Shown piece after piece: positions 40,254-44,101 of a stretch of 44,101 nt of DNA. The DNA comes from an uncultured Rhodospirillaceae bacterium. GTDB lineage: Bacteria; Pseudomonadota; Alphaproteobacteria; Rhodospirillales; Casp-alpha2. Positions within the stretch are counted from its first letter, which is position 1; each line of letters begins with the position of its first letter. The translations under genes and the position numbers were made by a program. Location of the stretch: positions 1 through 44,101 of the forward strand of contig CAJWVP010000001.1 of the NCBI GenBank assembly GCA_913048145.1. Reading direction: 5' to 3'. The notes under the pieces are model-generated. The model saw only the letters and a list, made by a program, of their open reading frames with translations, had not been told where the DNA came from and made no database searches.

Positions 40254-40611
40254 TTATTTCGCGGCTCTCGTCCCTACGAACGGCTTATCCCCCATTCACG
40301 GTCGACGATGGAACGAAACCTTGACCTGCGACATCCTCGACTGTCTTTACCGGAAATCAGGGCAAACCGTCGCCCTGGCCCGTATGGCAAGTGTTGTGCT
40401 GGAACATTATGGTCGGGTCGGTCTTGTTGTCACCCTCGCTCCCATCCATCAGACTCGCGGCAGCACACGCTCCTTAGCCCGCTTCGATTTATGGCGAACA
40501 TCGCCCACGCGATGAGGATGGATGAAACCAGCATTCTGATACGCAGTGTCTTCGAGGCCAGTGGCGAGCGGCCCAGGACACTCAGACAGCGGGGGGAAAC
40601 TTGGTCCCCTG

Positions 40612-41331
40612 TTAATACTTCCGCATCAAACCAACCAGCCGGCCCTGAATTTTAACCTGATCAGGCCCAAAGATTCGGGTCTCATAGGCCTTATTGGCGG
40701 GTTCAAGGGCAATCGATGCGCCTTTGCTGCGCAGACGTTTCAAGGTGACTTCCGTATTCTCCAAGAGAGCTACGACAATACTGCCATTGTTGGCCGTATC
40801 TGAGCGCTCGATGACCACCGTATCGCCATCGTGAATGCCCGCTTCAATCATCGAATCGCCTTCCACTTCCAAGGCGTAATGTTCAGATCCCGCGCCAAGC
40901 ATACCCGCGGGCACATCGACCGTATGCGAAGTATCGCGAAACGCTTCAATGGGGGTCCCCGCAGCAATGCGCCCATACAGCGGCAGTTGCATCGCTTCAG
41001 AATCCCCTGTCACCATGGTTCCCGGCAAGGTGAAATCCCCTTTGAAATCTCCGCGGATCACATTCGGGGTGAACCCGCTCGAGTGTTTTGCCGGCAGGAT
41101 CGGCGCATAATCCATATTTTCAGGCAACCGCAAAACCTCAAGAGCGCGGGCCCGATGTGGCAAACGGCGAATGGATCCGCGTTCTTCCAATCCTGTGATC
41201 AAACGGTGGATGCCCGACTTCGACTTCAGTCCCAAGGCCTCTTTCATTTCGTCATAGGACGGTGAAATTCCCGTATCGCGTAGCGTTTGGTGAATGAAAG
41301 TCAGAAGTTGATGTTGTTTGCGAGTCAGCAT
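40612..41331 (-). CDS. lexA: LexA repressor
   Basis: An N-terminal winged HTH ([13 protein letters not shown]...) is followed by an Ala-Gly cleavage region, the catalytic Ser in [11 protein letters not shown], and the catalytic Lys in VTLKRL. Confidence 0.95.
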   Translation of the reverse strand: MLTRKQHQLLTFIHQTLRDTGISPSYDEMKEALGLKSKSGIHRLITGLEERGSIRRLPHRARALEVLRLPENMDYAPILPAKHSSGFTPNVIRGDFKGDFTLPGTMVTGDSEAMQLPLYGRIAAGTPIEAFRDTSHTVDVPAGMLGAGSEHYALEVEGDSMIEAGIHDGDTVVIERSDTANNGSIVVALLENTEVTLKRLRSKGASIALEPANKAYETRIFGPDQVKIQGRLVGLMRKY

Positions 41332-41409
41332 GGGCTGTTCCTCTCACGGGCAAAATTGCGAGCGCAAATTGGGAAAATTAAAGTAGAACAAAAGCAACAT
41401 TCCTCAAAT

Positions 41410-41424
41410 GTTCTATTTAAGTTC
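41410..41424. promoter_or_regulatory. alphaproteobacterial SOS (LexA) box GTTC-N7-GTTC
   Basis: GTTCTATTTAAGTTC is an exact match to the direct-repeat LexA operator described for Rhodobacter and Rhizobium. It lies 79-93 nt upstream of the lexA ATG. Confidence 0.7.
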
Positions 41425-41438
41425 ATGAACAGTGTCAA
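41410..41438 (-). promoter_or_regulatory. candidate lexA promoter (TTGACA-N17-TAGAAC) overlapped by the SOS box
   Basis: On the minus strand there is a perfect -35 TTGACA (41438-41433), a 17-nt spacer, and -10 TAGAAC (41415-41410). The SOS box covers the -10 and part of the spacer, the classic autoregulation geometry. Confidence 0.5.
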
Positions 41439-41534
41439 TAGAGTTCTCATATATACGCAGATATTAGACAAAATTCTCCGAATATAGCGTGTCCCGAGGG
41501 TCGACCAGTCACCAGTACACTCAGGCGAGGGTGA

Positions 41535-42767
41535 TCAAAACCCAGAAATGCCCGCATCCAACCGGGTGATAAGGACCAAATCACCAGCTTTTGCGGCAGG
41601 GGCCTCGGGGGCACGGATCACCATGCAATCAGCGGCCGCAAACCGCGCCATCATAGCGCTGTCCTGACGCTCGAAGGGGGTGGCGCACAACTGCCCATCC
41701 GCATCGTGGCGAAGGGTTGCCCGCATGAAATCCTGGCGAATGCCGTTCTGCGGCAAGTCACGCCCCAAACGCACCGTTTCCGTCCGTAGCGCGCCGTCAC
41801 CGGTTCCCAACATGACTTCCATCGCCGCGCGAAGGAAAATCGCGGATGTCACGCCGGCGGAAACCGGATTGCCCGGAAGCCCCAACAGAGGAATCTCGTC
41901 CCAGGTTCCAAAGATCAGCGGTTTGCCCGGCCGCATGGCGACTTTGTAGAAGTTAAGATCCAATCCCTCGGCGCCCAGGACACGGCGCACTAGGTCATAA
42001 TCCCCCACCGAAGCACCCCCAATGGTTACCAACACATCGGCACCCTTGGCACCGGCCAGCGCTTTGCGGAGCGAAGCCTCCGTATCCTGAGCAATGCCCA
42101 GGTTCACCGGCGTGCCGCCCAATACCCGCACAAAAGCGCCCAGCGCCAGGCTATTGGAACTGATAATCTGGTCCGCGCCCATGGGGTCTCCCGGCATTAC
42201 GATTTCGTCGCCTGTGGCGATGAATGCAACCCGCGGACGTCGACGGACGCGCAGCCATGGGACATTCATGGAGGCCGCCAGACCGACATCCCGCGCGGTA
42301 AGGACCTTGCCGGCCTGCAACAACACATCGCCTGTTTGAAAATCCAGCCCAGCGGGACGGATATAGGCGCCGGTGTTGACGCTCTCCTTAATGGAAACCT
42401 GCATCCCATCCACATCAGTCTCTTCTTGAATCACAACGGCGTCCGCACCATCAGGAACTGGCGCGCCAGTGAAGATCCTCGTGCATTCGTCGACGCCCAC
42501 GGTCCCCTCAAATCCGCCGCCAGCCTGCGATTTCCCGATCTGCGTCAGCGTTTTTGGAACGATATGGAGATCGGCCGTACGCACCGCATAGCCATCCATT
42601 GACGACACGGCCATGGGCGGTTGCGTCAAACGCGCGGCAACGTCTTCGGCCAAGACGCGGCCTAACGCTTCGGACAGGCTAATATGCTCCGACGCGATTA
42701 ACTCAAACCCGCCCGTCACGCGCGCCAAGGCTTCGGCGACGCTAAGCATCTCAGATTTCGCGCTCAT
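41535..42767 (-). CDS. moeA: molybdopterin molybdenumtransferase
   Basis: 410 aa with MoeA domain order and the MoCF-binding motif [14 protein letters not shown]. The start overlaps the moaC stop (ATGA). Confidence 0.9.
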   Translation of the reverse strand: MSAKSEMLSVAEALARVTGGFELIASEHISLSEALGRVLAEDVAARLTQPPMAVSSMDGYAVRTADLHIVPKTLTQIGKSQAGGGFEGTVGVDECTRIFTGAPVPDGADAVVIQEETDVDGMQVSIKESVNTGAYIRPAGLDFQTGDVLLQAGKVLTARDVGLAASMNVPWLRVRRRPRVAFIATGDEIVMPGDPMGADQIISSNSLALGAFVRVLGGTPVNLGIAQDTEASLRKALAGAKGADVLVTIGGASVGDYDLVRRVLGAEGLDLNFYKVAMRPGKPLIFGTWDEIPLLGLPGNPVSAGVTSAIFLRAAMEVMLGTGDGALRTETVRLGRDLPQNGIRQDFMRATLRHDADGQLCATPFERQDSAMMARFAAADCMVIRAPEAPAAKAGDLVLITRLDAGISGF

Positions 42768-43240
42768 GAGGCTTCGAAAGTTCCTGATTTGCCGCCAGAT
42801 TTCTGAACAAGACGAATGTCAGAGATCCGCATTTCACGATCCACGGACTTGCACATGTCATACACCGTCAAGGCGGCCACGCTGACCGCCGTGAGTGCCT
42901 CCATCTCCACACCAGTCTGGCCCGTCAACTTGCAGCACGCCGTGATATCCACAGCATTGCGGTCCGGATCACAGATAAGATCAACCTTCACGGATGTCAG
43001 GTTGAGAGGGTGGCATAGGGGAACCAGGTCCGGCGTCCGTTTCGCACCCATGATCCCCGCGAGCTGCGCAACGGAGAGCACGTCGCCTTTCTTGACCTGG
43101 CCGGCAACGATCAACGCCATGGTCTCAGGAGCCATGATGACACTCCCCTTGGCAGTCGCAATGCGCTCGGTTCCTGGTTTCGCAGAAACATCGACCATTA
43201 CGGCATTACCCTCGTCATCCAGATGGGTGAACCCACTCAT
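42764..43240 (-). CDS. moaC: cyclic pyranopterin monophosphate synthase accessory protein MoaC
   Basis: [40 protein letters not shown] and LCHPL motifs are present. The ATG at 43240 overlaps the trpC TGA (ATGA). The ORF-track start at 43270 would extend into trpC. Confidence 0.9.
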   Translation of the reverse strand: MSGFTHLDDEGNAVMVDVSAKPGTERIATAKGSVIMAPETMALIVAGQVKKGDVLSVAQLAGIMGAKRTPDLVPLCHPLNLTSVKVDLICDPDRNAVDITACCKLTGQTGVEMEALTAVSVAALTVYDMCKSVDREMRISDIRLVQKSGGKSGTFEAS

Positions 43241-44043
43241 GCTGCATCGGCCTCCTGGGTCAACAGGCATCGTGTCGCGGCCTCCACGTCATCTTGGCGC
43301 ATCAGGGATTCGCCCACCAAGAAGCATCGCGCGCCGACCACCGCCATCCGCACCAAGTGGGCGGGCGTATACAGACCGCTCTCGCTGATCAACACCCGGT
43401 CATCGGGAACGGCACCCGCAAGCGCCTCTGTCATGGCGATATCGACGTCCAAGGTTTTGAGATTGCGATTGTTAACACCGATCAATTCCGTCGGTAGGCG
43501 CAAGGCGCGCTCCAGTTCGGCACCATCGTGGACCTCAGCTAGGACATCCATGCCCAACTCAGCAGCACTCATCGTCAATTCCTCAGCTTGTCCGTCTTCC
43601 AAGGCAGCCATGATCAACAAGATACAATCCGCGCCAAGGCTGCGGGATTCCACGATCTGATAGGGGTCGAGCATAAAATCCTTGCGCAGCACCGGGAGAT
43701 CAACGACCGCCCGCGCTGCAACCAGATAGCTGTCGTCGCCCTGGAAATAAGGAATATCCGTCAGCACGGACAGACACGATGCACCGCCGGCCGCATAGGC
43801 TTGCGCCAGGGCCGCGGGATCGAAATCAGCGCGGATCAAGCCTTTCGAGGGCGAGGCCTTCTTTATTTCGGCGATCAGGCCGTAGCGTCCTGCCGCAGTC
43901 GCGTCGCGTAGAGCCCGGGCAAAGCCGCGCGGCGGTTCGGCGGACTTCGCGGCGGCTTCCAAGTCGGAAAGTGGTTGATCACGACGCTGGGCTTTAATAT
44001 GCCGGCGTTTGTCTTCACAGATTTTCGCAAGCACGTCGCTCAT
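43237..44043 (-). CDS. trpC: indole-3-glycerol phosphate synthase
   Basis: 268 aa with [18 protein letters not shown] and IGVNNRNL motifs of the TIM-barrel IGPS. Confidence 0.95.
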   Translation of the reverse strand: MSDVLAKICEDKRRHIKAQRRDQPLSDLEAAAKSAEPPRGFARALRDATAAGRYGLIAEIKKASPSKGLIRADFDPAALAQAYAAGGASCLSVLTDIPYFQGDDSYLVAARAVVDLPVLRKDFMLDPYQIVESRSLGADCILLIMAALEDGQAEELTMSAAELGMDVLAEVHDGAELERALRLPTELIGVNNRNLKTLDVDIAMTEALAGAVPDDRVLISESGLYTPAHLVRMAVVGARCFLVGESLMRQDDVEAATRCLLTQEADAA

Positions 44044-44101
44044 GATGCGTCGATATCATCGAGGGCGGTGCCGGTGATGATGCTATTGCCGGCGGTGCCG
44101 G
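44040..44101 (-). CDS. trpD: anthranilate phosphoribosyltransferase, extreme C-terminus (gene runs off the 3' edge)
   Basis: A minus-strand open frame ends ...[19 protein letters not shown], with TGA at 44040-44042 overlapping the trpC ATG (ATGA). The assignment rests mainly on the conserved trpD-trpC-moaC-moeA order, because only 20 codons are visible. Confidence 0.55.
   Translation of the reverse strand, partial: GTAGNSIITGTALDDIDAS

Noticed and set aside
41425-41487. 20-codon plus-strand ORF (MNSVNRVLIYTQILDKILRI) starting immediately after the SOS box, considered as an SOS-induced toxic peptide
   Set aside because: It has no Shine-Dalgarno, lies in very AT-rich promoter DNA, and no plus-strand promoter is identifiable upstream of the box. 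The 66-codon ORF at 41287-41487 is antisense to the lexA 5' end.
1-44101. Search for tRNA/rRNA genes, CRISPR repeats, IS elements or integrases, long terminal inverted repeats, and defence or toxin-antitoxin gene pairs
   Set aside because: None was seen by eye on either strand. Every ORF of appreciable length is accounted for by housekeeping genes, the nitrile hydratase cassette, the sulfotransferase remnant or the lipoprotein. A computational scan (tRNAscan, Infernal, ISfinder, a repeat finder) would be needed to exclude small elements.

Overview
This window reads as a conserved chromosomal core segment of an alphaproteobacterium. That placement is an inference from three things: gene order, lpxI used in place of lpxH, and a GTTC-N7-GTTC SOS box at lexA. 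The plus-strand blocks are: (1) NADH:quinone oxidoreductase genes nuoG (3' part) through nuoN, followed by birA, coaX, rnj, methylmalonyl-CoA epimerase and DUF1467; (2) proS, lolC and lolD; (3) dnaE; (4) rpsB, tsf, pyrH, frr, uppS, cdsA, dxr, rseP, bamA, skp, lpxD, fabZ, lpxA and lpxI/lpxB. The minus strand carries gltA, gltX, lexA, moeA, moaC, trpC and the 3' end of trpD. Genes are tightly packed, with many 1-14 nt start/stop overlaps. I found no rRNA, tRNA, CRISPR array, transposase or integrase, and no recognisable defence or toxin-antitoxin system. Only four small segments look accessory or atypical. (a) 12158-13488 holds a decayed sulfotransferase-like gene plus a 555-bp structured orphan spacer upstream of proS. 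(b) 16822-18467 is a stand-alone cobalt-type nitrile hydratase cassette (alpha, beta, accessory protein) sitting antisense between lolD and dnaE. (c) 34533-36542 is a single 669-codon ORF that fuses LpxI and LpxB. (d) 39417-40611 contains an AT-rich divergent region, an orphan lipoprotein and an unusually long 358-bp convergent spacer next to lexA. I rate the LpxI-LpxB fusion the most interesting item. I do not see convincing evidence for a wholly new multi-gene system, and most of the window is ordinary housekeeping DNA.
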